In this document: positions 53,591 to 62,592 of the stretch, in pieces | Position numbering within the stretch: the first letter of the stretch is position 1 | Layout of the letters: each line of letters opens with the position of its first letter | DNA from: an uncultured Flavobacteriales bacterium | GTDB lineage: Bacteria > Bacteroidota > Bacteroidia > Flavobacteriales_D > Parvicellaceae | DNA length: 64,000 bases | Assembly (NCBI GenBank): GCA_964455265.1 | Contig: CAYVVI010000001.1 | Location: 4,593-68,592, forward strand | Direction: 5' to 3' | Notes under the pieces: generated by a model | Told to the model about the DNA's origin: nothing | Databases searched by the model: none | What the model saw: only the letters and a program-made list of their open reading frames with translations | Translations under genes and position numbers: made by a program

Positions 53591-54112
53591 ATGGACAATA
53601 AACAAATAATATATTATGGCAAGCTACTGCTATTGGCAGTAGCTTTACAAGCATGTTTTAACAATAACAACAAAAAGATGAACACACAAAACAATGTAGA
53701 TGAATTTTATATTTACACACGCTATGAAGACCTCTACAGACTTCCTTTAATAAAACCATTGGAATTAACTTCTGTAGGAGGAGAAGGATATGGATGGACG
53801 CTAAAATTTCCTTATCAAAAAATTGACGATAATGTAGAAACAGGAATATTGGACAAGATTGCTGTTGAAGACTCGCTTATTATTGTCTATATAGAAAGAA
53901 CTTATTTGTATCATAATATGACCGAAGCTTGGTTTACTATAGACCTAAAAGAAAAAAAGGAATATGCCTTTACAAAAGAAGCAGATTACAATGCGTTTTT
54001 GAAAGCGAAACACATAGATAGCGTTACGTTCTACTCTCCCGATGAACTTTTTAAACAATTTGACGAAAAAAGAACTTTGCCTTGGCTAAAACAACCTTAT
54101 AAACCTGAGTAG
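53591..54112 (+). CDS. lipoprotein (candidate immunity protein, paralog 2)
   Basis: The internal ATG at 53591 gives MDNKQIIYYGKLLLLAVALQAC. The first 100 nt or so, plus 8 nt upstream, duplicate the start of 52643-53500. Confidence 0.6.
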   Translation: MDNKQIIYYGKLLLLAVALQACFNNNNKKMNTQNNVDEFYIYTRYEDLYRLPLIKPLELTSVGGEGYGWTLKFPYQKIDDNVETGILDKIAVEDSLIIVYIERTYLYHNMTEAWFTIDLKEKKEYAFTKEADYNAFLKAKHIDSVTFYSPDELFKQFDEKRTLPWLKQPYKPE

Positions 54113-54147
54113 AATGGGTTGTAAACAAGCAAAATTACATTAATAAT

Positions 54148-54840
54148 ATGCGCGAATACCTACATAGACCAAAAAGACAAGAAGAACCCGCTAGAAGAAG
54201 CGAGAACGATAATGCTATGCAGGAAAACGATTTAATCTCACGCTTCCCTAATGGAATATTTGGGGACAATAATGTAGATACACCTAAACAAGAAGATTCT
54301 TTTACAACGGATAAAACTGAAACAATTGAAAGTGAAAAAAAATCTGTAAATGACTTAACCACTAGCGAAAAAGGAGTTGACTTTATTAAGAGTTTTGAAG
54401 GGAAAAGATTAGAGCTTTATAATGATGATGCAGGATATGCTACCATTGGATATGGACACCTTGTTCACTACGGAAAAGTCGGGACAAATACAGAGAAAGA
54501 AAAGGAGTTTAAATCTGGTATTACAGATGAAAAAGCAATAGAGCTACTAAAACAAGATGTAAAAGACAAAGGTGAAAAATATGTTAAATCATATGTTTCA
54601 GTAAAATTGACACAGGAACAGTTTGATGCGCTAGTGTCATTTACGTTCAATGTTGGTAGTGGAAATTTTAAAAGCTCTAGTTTGTTAAAGGAAGTAAATA
54701 AAGAGACAGCAACTTTAGAAACGATTAAAGAAAAATTTATGTTGTGGAATAAAGCAGGAGGGAAAGAACTTTCTGGTTTAACAAAGCGAAGAGAAAGAGA
54801 AGCTAAAATCTATAATGAAGGTATATATGAAAACAATTAA
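54148..54840 (+). CDS. leader-bearing cargo candidate: short leader + GH24 (T4-type) lysozyme
   Basis: Has the short-form leader (MREYLHRPKRQEEPARRSENDNAMQENDLISRFPNGIFGDNNVDTPKQE). The lysozyme signature is FIKSFEGKRLELYNDDAGYATIGYGH. Confidence 0.85.
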   Translation: MREYLHRPKRQEEPARRSENDNAMQENDLISRFPNGIFGDNNVDTPKQEDSFTTDKTETIESEKKSVNDLTTSEKGVDFIKSFEGKRLELYNDDAGYATIGYGHLVHYGKVGTNTEKEKEFKSGITDEKAIELLKQDVKDKGEKYVKSYVSVKLTQEQFDALVSFTFNVGSGNFKSSSLLKEVNKETATLETIKEKFMLWNKAGGKELSGLTKRREREAKIYNEGIYENN

Positions 54841-55291
54841 TTCTATAAAAAAAATAGTGTATCTACTACTCCCATTTGTTTCTTGGTCTTGTGTAGAAAT
54901 TAAAGATAATCAAAGCCCTAGTAAATATATTATGAAGGAGTGGCAAATTTCTGATTATAAATTTTCAGGAATTTCCGCTTTAACAACAGAAGAAGCTGAT
55001 AAATACATTGGGCAGAAAATTAAATTAGATAGCAACTATGTTATTTACTTTAACGATAGCATTAGCTATCCTAAATATGAATTTAAAAGAGTAGAGTCCA
55101 ATTCATTTTTCCATGAAGGATACAAAACCAATAAAGATGTTTTTTCAGTTAATGTGGACAGTCTTTTGGTTTTTGATATTATTTGTGAAAATGAAGGCTA
55201 TTATAATATTGTTTTTGTAGAAGAACAAAACATTCTGATTCAGAATATAGATGGTGTGTTTTTTATTTTAACCCCCTTAATAAAAAAATAG
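54815..55291 (+). CDS. lipoprotein (candidate lysozyme immunity protein)
   Basis: Signal/lipobox IVYLLLPFVSWSC. It overlaps the end of the lysozyme gene. The alternative start is ATG 54827. Confidence 0.6.
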   Translation: MKVYMKTINSIKKIVYLLLPFVSWSCVEIKDNQSPSKYIMKEWQISDYKFSGISALTTEEADKYIGQKIKLDSNYVIYFNDSISYPKYEFKRVESNSFFHEGYKTNKDVFSVNVDSLLVFDIICENEGYYNIVFVEEQNILIQNIDGVFFILTPLIKK

Positions 55292-55349
55292 CGTAATAAG
55301 AAAAGACAAACAATAAAGTTAGCGTAAAAACCATTAAATTTACTTTACC

Positions 55350-56288
55350 ATGCGCGAACGCCTACATAGACCCATAAGACAAGAAGAACCCGCTATAAGA
55401 AGCGAGAACGATAATGCTATGCAGGAAAACGATTTAATCTCACGCTTCCCTAATGGAATATTTGGGAACAATGATGTAGATACACCTAAGCAACAAGAAG
55501 AGCTAGCTGAAACTAGTGATACAAAAACCGCAAACGCTCCCCAACAAAAAAAAGAAGTAGAAAAACAAATAAAGCCTAGAGATAAGTATGAGGAAGCAAT
55601 CTTAAAAGATAAAATTGTTTATACTAAAAACTATGGTTGGATTGATAAAACACATGCTTTCCCTATTGATAAAAAAACTCCAACAGGAGCTAAAAAATTA
55701 TGGAATACAATAGAAAAGGAACTAGGGATTAAATCAAATTCACCAGGAGATAATAATGGATTTAGAGTTGCTTATAGACAAGATGCAAAGGTTGCAAGTT
55801 TTTTACCTAGAATAGGAGTAACAAAAGAATATTTTGTTAAATATAATCTAACAACTAAACAGAAAGAAAGTGTTGCATTATCAATATTTCAAGAAGTTTC
55901 TAAAGAATTTGAAGAATTTCAAGGATGGGCTTTTTGGAGTGGGTCATCCTTCGAGCCAGCTGACCTACCCTCAAATATGCTCAGCTTCTATTCTGCGATA
56001 AGACCTAGACTTACGGAAGAAAAAATTATGTTACTAGTAGAACCCTTAACAAAAGAGCAATCTATAGAGGTTTACAGAGAGTATCCAGGAACATTTACAG
56101 ATAGTAAGCACAAAAATAAAACATTTACCCCAAAATTCTTTCCAAATAAATATAGCCCTAAAAATCCTGTTGTTCCAAAAGAGTTACAGGAGGTAATTCC
56201 AGCAACAAAAGGCACTAATTTTAGAGACTGGCTTCCTTTACTTGACATTCATGGAGGTGTTCCCCCAATAACAGGTCCAAAATATTGA
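55350..56288 (+). CDS. leader-bearing cargo candidate: short leader + unknown C-terminal domain
   Basis: Has the short-form leader. The 124 bp spanning 46 nt upstream of the ATG and the first 26 codons duplicate 51474-51597. The C-terminal domain of about 230 aa was not recognised. Confidence 0.65.
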   Translation: MRERLHRPIRQEEPAIRSENDNAMQENDLISRFPNGIFGNNDVDTPKQQEELAETSDTKTANAPQQKKEVEKQIKPRDKYEEAILKDKIVYTKNYGWIDKTHAFPIDKKTPTGAKKLWNTIEKELGIKSNSPGDNNGFRVAYRQDAKVASFLPRIGVTKEYFVKYNLTTKQKESVALSIFQEVSKEFEEFQGWAFWSGSSFEPADLPSNMLSFYSAIRPRLTEEKIMLLVEPLTKEQSIEVYREYPGTFTDSKHKNKTFTPKFFPNKYSPKNPVVPKELQEVIPATKGTNFRDWLPLLDIHGGVPPITGPKY

Positions 56289-56722
56289 TGAAAATATCTT
56301 TTATATATCGAAACTCCTGGAAAATATCTATTGTGATTATATATTTTCTGATATTCATTATGAAACAACTAGGAATAAATATCGGTTATAATCAGTATCT
56401 CATTGATTACATATCCTCTAGTAGCGGATATAATTCTAAAACAAGAGACATTGTGCTTTTTGCTAACCTAGCATTTCTTTCAACTATTACTGTGATTACT
56501 TTTACAATATTGAAGAGAATAAAAAGTCTGCTCCTTTCTTTATTTTTATTGTTATTAATTCATTTTTTTCTTTTTAGCTTCTTAATTGATGTTATTGAAA
56601 AAACTAGAAATTATGAATATAATTCAGATAGCGGAGCGATTTGGATAGTTGTGTACCCAATTACTGTTTGTGTATTGCTTTTAATAGCAGCATTGTTAGA
56701 CTATATTAAAAATAAGAAATGA
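56285..56722 (+). CDS. polytopic membrane protein (candidate immunity protein)
   Basis: 145 aa with 4 TM helices. It overlaps the upstream stop by 4 nt. Confidence 0.55.
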   Translation: MMKISFIYRNSWKISIVIIYFLIFIMKQLGINIGYNQYLIDYISSSSGYNSKTRDIVLFANLAFLSTITVITFTILKRIKSLLLSLFLLLLIHFFLFSFLIDVIEKTRNYEYNSDSGAIWIVVYPITVCVLLLIAALLDYIKNKK

Positions 56723-57180
56723 AAAACACAATTATCTACTATATATCTGGCTGTTTGATATTTCCATTAGAGATTTATTCTTCAATGAAAGCTGAGTTCA
56801 CTTTAAGTGAAAACATAAGTCTGTACTTTATATTGCTATCAGTGTTTTCGACAATCATTTATTTTGTTTGTGTTATAAGAAAAAAAAATAACTCAGCAGC
56901 AGCAATATTGTGTATTAGTTTTTTACTTGTTATTCCTTTTAACTTATTTTTAGCAGATAAACTTTATAGGTTAAAGAATGATGCTGATAATAAAATAGCA
57001 TGGATATATCAGCAAAAAAAAATAACTGGTGAATATCCAAATAAATTGATAGAACCATTTGATAAAAAATTCTATTATAAAAAAAACACAGAGGGTTTCG
57101 AATTATCGTTTACTGTTTTTATAGACCAAACAAGATATTATTACTCCTCCGAGGAGGGATGGATTTATTACTCTGATTAA
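56719..57180 (+). CDS. membrane protein with C-terminal soluble domain (candidate immunity/accessory)
   Basis: 153 aa with 3 TM helices. It overlaps the upstream stop by 4 nt. Confidence 0.5.
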   Translation: MKNTIIYYISGCLIFPLEIYSSMKAEFTLSENISLYFILLSVFSTIIYFVCVIRKKNNSAAAILCISFLLVIPFNLFLADKLYRLKNDADNKIAWIYQQKKITGEYPNKLIEPFDKKFYYKKNTEGFELSFTVFIDQTRYYYSSEEGWIYYSD

Positions 57181-57205
57181 AATAATTTAAAAAAATTAAA
57201 CAACC

Positions 57206-60200
57206 ATGATAGTTTACAACGTATTTGCCGACAAAGTATTAGATTCTATTAAAGTTCTTTTTTTAGAAATAAAAGAAGAATTGCTAAATGAGGACACCCT
57301 AACTCTGTATAAAAATGGACAAAAAGACGAATTCATTAAAGAACAGTTTACTCCATTACTTGAGGACGTTTCTTCCAAACTAAAAGAGCAGTATGCTATT
57401 GCAACTTCGCTTAACGATAATAACGATGATGTATGGAACAGCGTATATTTCTTCTCTGATATGTATTATGAATTGGTAACAGGAGTTATCAAATTAATTT
57501 CTATAAGAAATGAAGACATTGATGGTAGTATACCCTTGTTAGAAACATTAGCAACCATTAGACAGCAACTAGATCAAAATAGAAATGTAGAAGCCCTTTC
57601 TGTAGTAAGAGATTATATAAAAAACAGACCTGCTACTTATTCCGACAAACCCTTTTTTCAAAGCCAAATAAATGCACTTCTAAATTCTCGTCAAGGTATT
57701 TATTTAGTAATTCCTCCAAAAACTTTACAAGAATATTCTAATGGTACCTTATTGGCGTATGTTGATGGTTTAAGTATTGAGAGTGCAAGCACAACAACAT
57801 TACCTCCAGGCACAGAACTTGATCAGGTTACGGGTGAATTGAAGGTCTCAGACACATCTCAACTTGTGTCGGGGCTATACATTTTAGGTATTAGCACTAC
57901 CATTGAAAACAGTATAGAATCTTCAGAAACGCTTTTCTTACAAATAGGTCAGGAAATAACGGCAACTTATACCGTTGCAGAAGCAAAAAACAAATCAGAA
58001 TATGAAGACAATTTTGAATTGGCAACCGTTGCTACTATTGATGGGGCAGCAATTACAGAAGCGTTTTTAATCAATAGCGTACTTCCATTAGGAATGGATA
58101 TAAACCCTCAAACTGGTGAAATATTTGTTTTTAACAAAGAAAATCTATCAGAAGGTACTTACATTTTTGAAGTAAGAACAGTAGATTCTCTTAGCAGAAT
58201 TATTGACCATACAATTACCATTATTATTCTTTCAGACAAAATCACAAGCTATGTTATTAACCCTACAAAATCGATTGAAGATTATAGCATTGGTGATGTG
58301 TTGGCAGAACCACTAGACAAAGACGTTGTATATACAAGTATAGAAGTAAGAGGATTGCCTAATGGAATTGGTATTAACACAACAACTGGAGATATATTTG
58401 TTGAAGACGAAAGTTTAATAAAACCCGGTACTTATGAGGTGTCTATTAAAACCATAGAAGATAACGGGCTTGAAAATCTTACACAAATAACGATAGTAAT
58501 AGGAGAGCTTGCCGATACCGAAGCGATATATACTGTTAACCCTCCAAAAGCGACATTATCTGACTATAAAAATTTTGATGTGTTAGCATTCGCATCAGAC
58601 AATAATGGAAATATAGTTCAAGCAAGTTTTATTAAAGGAGCTCTCCCTCCTGGAACATCTTTAAATAAATTTACAGGTGAAATTATTGTTACAGAGTCTG
58701 ATAATCTAATTAGCGGAAAATATACATTTACCATTTCTACAGTTGATTCTCGTGGTGGATATAGTGAAACAACCCTTACTATTCCTATAAGCACGGAAGT
58801 TCGTTATAAAATTTCAAGAGCAAGAATAGTTGATGATTATTCTATAAATGAACTTGTTGCCATTGCTTTTGATCCTATTGCGCCCATAGTGTCTGCAGCT
58901 GTTGTAAGTGGAACATTACCTTCGGGCTTAGAACTGCTTGATAATGGAAATATTAGAGTGAGTGACGATAGTTTGTTGCAAGCTGGAACGTACACATTTA
59001 CGGTAGAAACAACGAATGATAATGATGATACTTCATCACACGAAATTACACTCTCATTTTTAGAAGACCAAGAAGCCGAGTACATAATAAAATCTCCAAG
59101 AATTGTTGACACATATGTAGATGGAGAAATTCTAGCAGAAGCCATAGATGCTGATGGAAAAATTATTGAAGCGAAAATATTGAAAGGAAACTTACCAGGA
59201 GGGGTTGAACTTAATGCCGATAATGGAAATATATATGTGAAAAACGCACAAGAACTTTCTGCAGGGTCTTTTACGAATATACAAATTGAAACCAAGGATA
59301 GTAGAGGGGGAAGAACACAACATAATATCACCTTAGAAATATTTCCAGATATTGAGGCGGTATATGTGGTTTTACCGCCTTTGGCCATAAACCAGTACGT
59401 TAACGGACAAAATTTAGCATTGGTAACAGATGGAAATGCACCCATAGTATCAGCAAAAATAATTACAGGGAGTTTGCCTACGGGAGTTGCTATGGACACA
59501 TCTACAGGTATTATAAGTGTTATAAATGCTGCTAAATTAAGGGCAGGCACTTATCCATTAACTATTGAAACTAAAGATGAGTTAGGCGGAATATCGCAAA
59601 ACTCCATTCAATTAATTTTAAATCCCGTAGATCAAGAAGCTTTTTATGTTATTGCTCCTGCAAAGAATATTGATAGTTATATCAATGGTTTTGTTTTGGC
59701 CTCTCCAGTTGATCCAGATGGACAAGTGGTTAGTGCCGTAATTATTAGCGGAGTTTTGCCTTCAGGAACATCTCTAAATTCAATATCTGGCGTTATAGCA
59801 GTAACCGATATTAATGCTCTTATGCCTGGAACGTATATTGTTGGTATAATTACAACCGATGAGAATAGTCAGACAACAACGCATTCTGTACAACTTACAA
59901 TCAATCCTGATAACGAAGCAGACTATACTCTACTTCCACAAAAAAAATATGACTTGTATGATGACGGAGAATATATTGCTACTGTTACAGATGCAGATGG
60001 AGACATAGAATCAGCAGAATTATTAAGTGGGGTTTTACCTAGCGGCATCACTTTAATTACAGATGCTGAAATGGGTGCAGATGTGGCTTCTGACCTTAAT
60101 TTATCTGACCCAATACCAGTTGGATATATTTTAGTTACAAATAAAACAGTTTTGCAATCGTCAAATGTTGTTGTAAGTATAAAAACAGTTGATATTACTG

Positions 60201-61084
60201 GAGGAAAAACTACTAGTGAATTGAATATTGTTCTTCCTGATGATAGTGCGGCTGTATATACCGTTCTTGACGCTAGAATGAAGTTCTCTTATCGTAATGG
60301 AGATATACTTGCTTTTGTAGAAGATGCCGATGGGCCAATTGTCTCTGCCCAAATAACATTGGGGGCTTTGCCCTCTGGTGCTTCACTTAACTCTACCAAT
60401 GGTAGCATTACTGTATCTGACAGAACACAACTACAAGGAGGCGACTATACCTTAAGTATTCTTACAGAGGATAGTCTTGGTGGGCAAACAGGTAATGTAA
60501 TTACTATTTCTATTAGAGACATCCCTGTAATTAAAGATTTTGTTGGAAGTATATGTGAGCGCCTTCACAACCTAGAAGAGAGATTTAAAACAATATTAAC
60601 TACTAATGATGTTATAAATAGAACAATATTAGATTTTACTAAAGTGATAGAAGGAAAGGTGTGCTCTGACTTTAAAAACCCTGGAGGAGAAATACCTTGG
60701 ACTCAACCACAAAAAGAAAGTGTAATTAAAAATGATACGCTATCGATAACTAATCCTATAAAAGCAGCTATTTTAGAGAAGCATCAAGAGATTGGGAACC
60801 TTCCAAATGGACCAGAAAAAGATAGGGCACAACAGGACTTAAACTACCTTACCGATTTGTATAACGAAGTTATTATAAACTTTATACAGCTTACAGGGAT
60901 GAGGGTTTCGGACGTGCCAGTAAATTCTAACCATGATATTCGTGTAACATATAATACACTAAAAACTCAAATGCAAAGTTTAGCTAACGTAACAGAATTA
61001 ACACACCTAAGACAAAACATCGCAGGATTTAGTTATACCGGTAGAACACAGTTAAATATGTTAATTCAGGCATTGTTGAGTTAA
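57206..61084 (+). CDS. 1292-aa protein with about 10 tandem Ig/cadherin-like repeats flanked by helical end modules (fibre/adhesin-like)
   Basis: A repeat of about 90 aa (consensus EA.Y.V.P......Y.NG..LA.V.D.DG.IVSA....G.LP.G..LN...G.I.V.....L..G.Y...I.T.D..GG) begins near residues 240, 340, 437, 527, 617, 707, 797, 887 and 1000, plus a partial copy near residue 175. The N- and C-terminal regions are non-repeat and helical. Confidence 0.6.
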   Translation: MIVYNVFADKVLDSIKVLFLEIKEELLNEDTLTLYKNGQKDEFIKEQFTPLLEDVSSKLKEQYAIATSLNDNNDDVWNSVYFFSDMYYELVTGVIKLISIRNEDIDGSIPLLETLATIRQQLDQNRNVEALSVVRDYIKNRPATYSDKPFFQSQINALLNSRQGIYLVIPPKTLQEYSNGTLLAYVDGLSIESASTTTLPPGTELDQVTGELKVSDTSQLVSGLYILGISTTIENSIESSETLFLQIGQEITATYTVAEAKNKSEYEDNFELATVATIDGAAITEAFLINSVLPLGMDINPQTGEIFVFNKENLSEGTYIFEVRTVDSLSRIIDHTITIIILSDKITSYVINPTKSIEDYSIGDVLAEPLDKDVVYTSIEVRGLPNGIGINTTTGDIFVEDESLIKPGTYEVSIKTIEDNGLENLTQITIVIGELADTEAIYTVNPPKATLSDYKNFDVLAFASDNNGNIVQASFIKGALPPGTSLNKFTGEIIVTESDNLISGKYTFTISTVDSRGGYSETTLTIPISTEVRYKISRARIVDDYSINELVAIAFDPIAPIVSAAVVSGTLPSGLELLDNGNIRVSDDSLLQAGTYTFTVETTNDNDDTSSHEITLSFLEDQEAEYIIKSPRIVDTYVDGEILAEAIDADGKIIEAKILKGNLPGGVELNADNGNIYVKNAQELSAGSFTNIQIETKDSRGGRTQHNITLEIFPDIEAVYVVLPPLAINQYVNGQNLALVTDGNAPIVSAKIITGSLPTGVAMDTSTGIISVINAAKLRAGTYPLTIETKDELGGISQNSIQLILNPVDQEAFYVIAPAKNIDSYINGFVLASPVDPDGQVVSAVIISGVLPSGTSLNSISGVIAVTDINALMPGTYIVGIITTDENSQTTTHSVQLTINPDNEADYTLLPQKKYDLYDDGEYIATVTDADGDIESAELLSGVLPSGITLITDAEMGADVASDLNLSDPIPVGYILVTNKTVLQSSNVVVSIKTVDITGGKTTSELNIVLPDDSAAVYTVLDARMKFSYRNGDILAFVEDADGPIVSAQITLGALPSGASLNSTNGSITVSDRTQLQGGDYTLSILTEDSLGGQTGNVITISIRDIPVIKDFVGSICERLHNLEERFKTILTTNDVINRTILDFTKVIEGKVCSDFKNPGGEIPWTQPQKESVIKNDTLSITNPIKAAILEKHQEIGNLPNGPEKDRAQQDLNYLTDLYNEVIINFIQLTGMRVSDVPVNSNHDIRVTYNTLKTQMQSLANVTELTHLRQNIAGFSYTGRTQLNMLIQALLS

Positions 61085-61103
61085 AACTTTAAGTTCACTA
61101 TAA

Positions 61104-62588
61104 ATGCGCGAACGCCTACATAAACCCATAAGACAAGAAGAACCCGCTATAAGAAGAGAGAACGAGAGTGCTATGCAGGAAAATGAAACGGAATCAACGC
61201 AATCCGATTTAACCTCCTCTAACGATTACAGCCTTCTTGATGCCTTCCCTAATGGAGTATTTGGAGATAGAAAAAAAGTTGATAATGTCTTTACCCGACT
61301 TAGAGGACATACCATTAACCCCGATGACTTCCCTAATGGAATATTTGGCGATAATGGTGTAGATACACCTAAGCAACAAGAAGAGATAGCTGAAACGACT
61401 AACCTGAATGATACAAAAACCATAAATGCTTCTCAACAAAAAAAAGACATAGAAAAGCAACTAACATCTTCTTTGTTTAAAGGTAATGACCAACTTTACT
61501 GGACACTAAACAGAGGAACAAAATTTGATAACGACAAAGGACATTATCTTGGAGAAGGTTCTACGGGTGAGTATGTTATTCTTATACAAAAAGCACTGAA
61601 CCTTATTTACAAAGGCGACCCTACTTACAAACCCTTAGTAGAAGAAAAAGATTTTGGGACAAAAACCAAAGCAGCCGTATCCAAATTTCAGAAAGATTAT
61701 GGTTTAAAAGGAGGTGCTAATGGTGTGGTGGGACCAGAAACGATTGAACGATTGGATAAGGAGGTGTTTAATTTGGAAAGTAAAAAACAAGAGGAGAGTA
61801 AAAAAGAAGATATTTTAAACTTAAAGGTTAAATCAAAAGGATTTAAAGGTCGCTTGATTATTAATAATTCTATTGATGACTATAAAGAAGAAATTCATGT
61901 TGTTACAGGTGAAGAAATCAAAAAAGCTGGTCAGTTCTATAGTTTTGCAATACTCATGAATGATATTGGCCTTCTTGATAGCGATGCAGATTTACACTTT
62001 AAGCATACTGGTATTAGTGACGCTTTTGACGGTTCAGATATTGAATATTATGCAGACTATGAAGCTGTGTGGGAGTTTAAAAGTGAAATTGTTAGAATGG
62101 ATATGTCTGTTCCAGTTGGATCTGTTCATATAACAGGATCAAGTCTAATAGATTATCCTTTAGCATTAATAGGGTCGGGCATATTCAGCCAAATATTTAA
62201 AGCCTCTTTGCGACCTTTATACAACCAAGCTGCTAAAAACATAAAATCAACAGCTCTAGGATTAGTTAATAGTAATAAAGTGTCTTTAACTAATGCCGCT
62301 AAATGGGCTAATGAGGCCCGTAATAATTTAAAAATTAACTTTCTCAGATCAACTCCCGAAGACTTAAGAAACTTAATTTTTAAGTACAATGAAAAGAGAA
62401 GTTTTAACAAATGGGGTACAAAAACATATGATCAGCTAATACAATCAGGTAAAACAGATATGGATATTATTAACTCAGCGGCAAATCCTCAACTATCCTT
62501 GGAAGCAGTAGGAAAGGATATATATAAATACTTGGGCGATGAAGCTCTGCCTGTTTTGAAAAAATATGGAATTTCACCTAAAAAATAA
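61104..62588 (+). CDS. leader-bearing cargo candidate: leader + PG_binding_1 + unknown C-terminal domain
   Basis: Has the long-form leader. The PG_binding_1 domain is GSTGEYVILIQKALNLIY...FGTKTKAAVSKFQKDYGLKGGANGVVGPETIERL. The C-terminal domain of about 270 aa was not recognised. Confidence 0.7.
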   Translation: MRERLHKPIRQEEPAIRRENESAMQENETESTQSDLTSSNDYSLLDAFPNGVFGDRKKVDNVFTRLRGHTINPDDFPNGIFGDNGVDTPKQQEEIAETTNLNDTKTINASQQKKDIEKQLTSSLFKGNDQLYWTLNRGTKFDNDKGHYLGEGSTGEYVILIQKALNLIYKGDPTYKPLVEEKDFGTKTKAAVSKFQKDYGLKGGANGVVGPETIERLDKEVFNLESKKQEESKKEDILNLKVKSKGFKGRLIINNSIDDYKEEIHVVTGEEIKKAGQFYSFAILMNDIGLLDSDADLHFKHTGISDAFDGSDIEYYADYEAVWEFKSEIVRMDMSVPVGSVHITGSSLIDYPLALIGSGIFSQIFKASLRPLYNQAAKNIKSTALGLVNSNKVSLTNAAKWANEARNNLKINFLRSTPEDLRNLIFKYNEKRSFNKWGTKTYDQLIQSGKTDMDIINSAANPQLSLEAVGKDIYKYLGDEALPVLKKYGISPKK

Positions 62589-62592
62589 GAAG

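Noticed and set aside
61226-61423. Antisense ORFs that recur with nearly the same sequence (GVSTLLPLSIPLGKSSGLMVCPLSRVKTLSTFFLSPNTPLGKASR) at 26228-26416(+), 54135-54362(-), 61226-61423(-) and 63342-63590(-). I considered whether these, rather than the leader, are the conserved coding unit.
   Set aside because: They are conserved only because they are the reverse complement of the repeated leader DNA. The sense frame continues without interruption into recognisable enzyme domains (lysozyme, glucosaminidase, LysM, PG_binding_1) and starts at a shared ATG with a shared 5' UTR. The antisense frames have variable ends.
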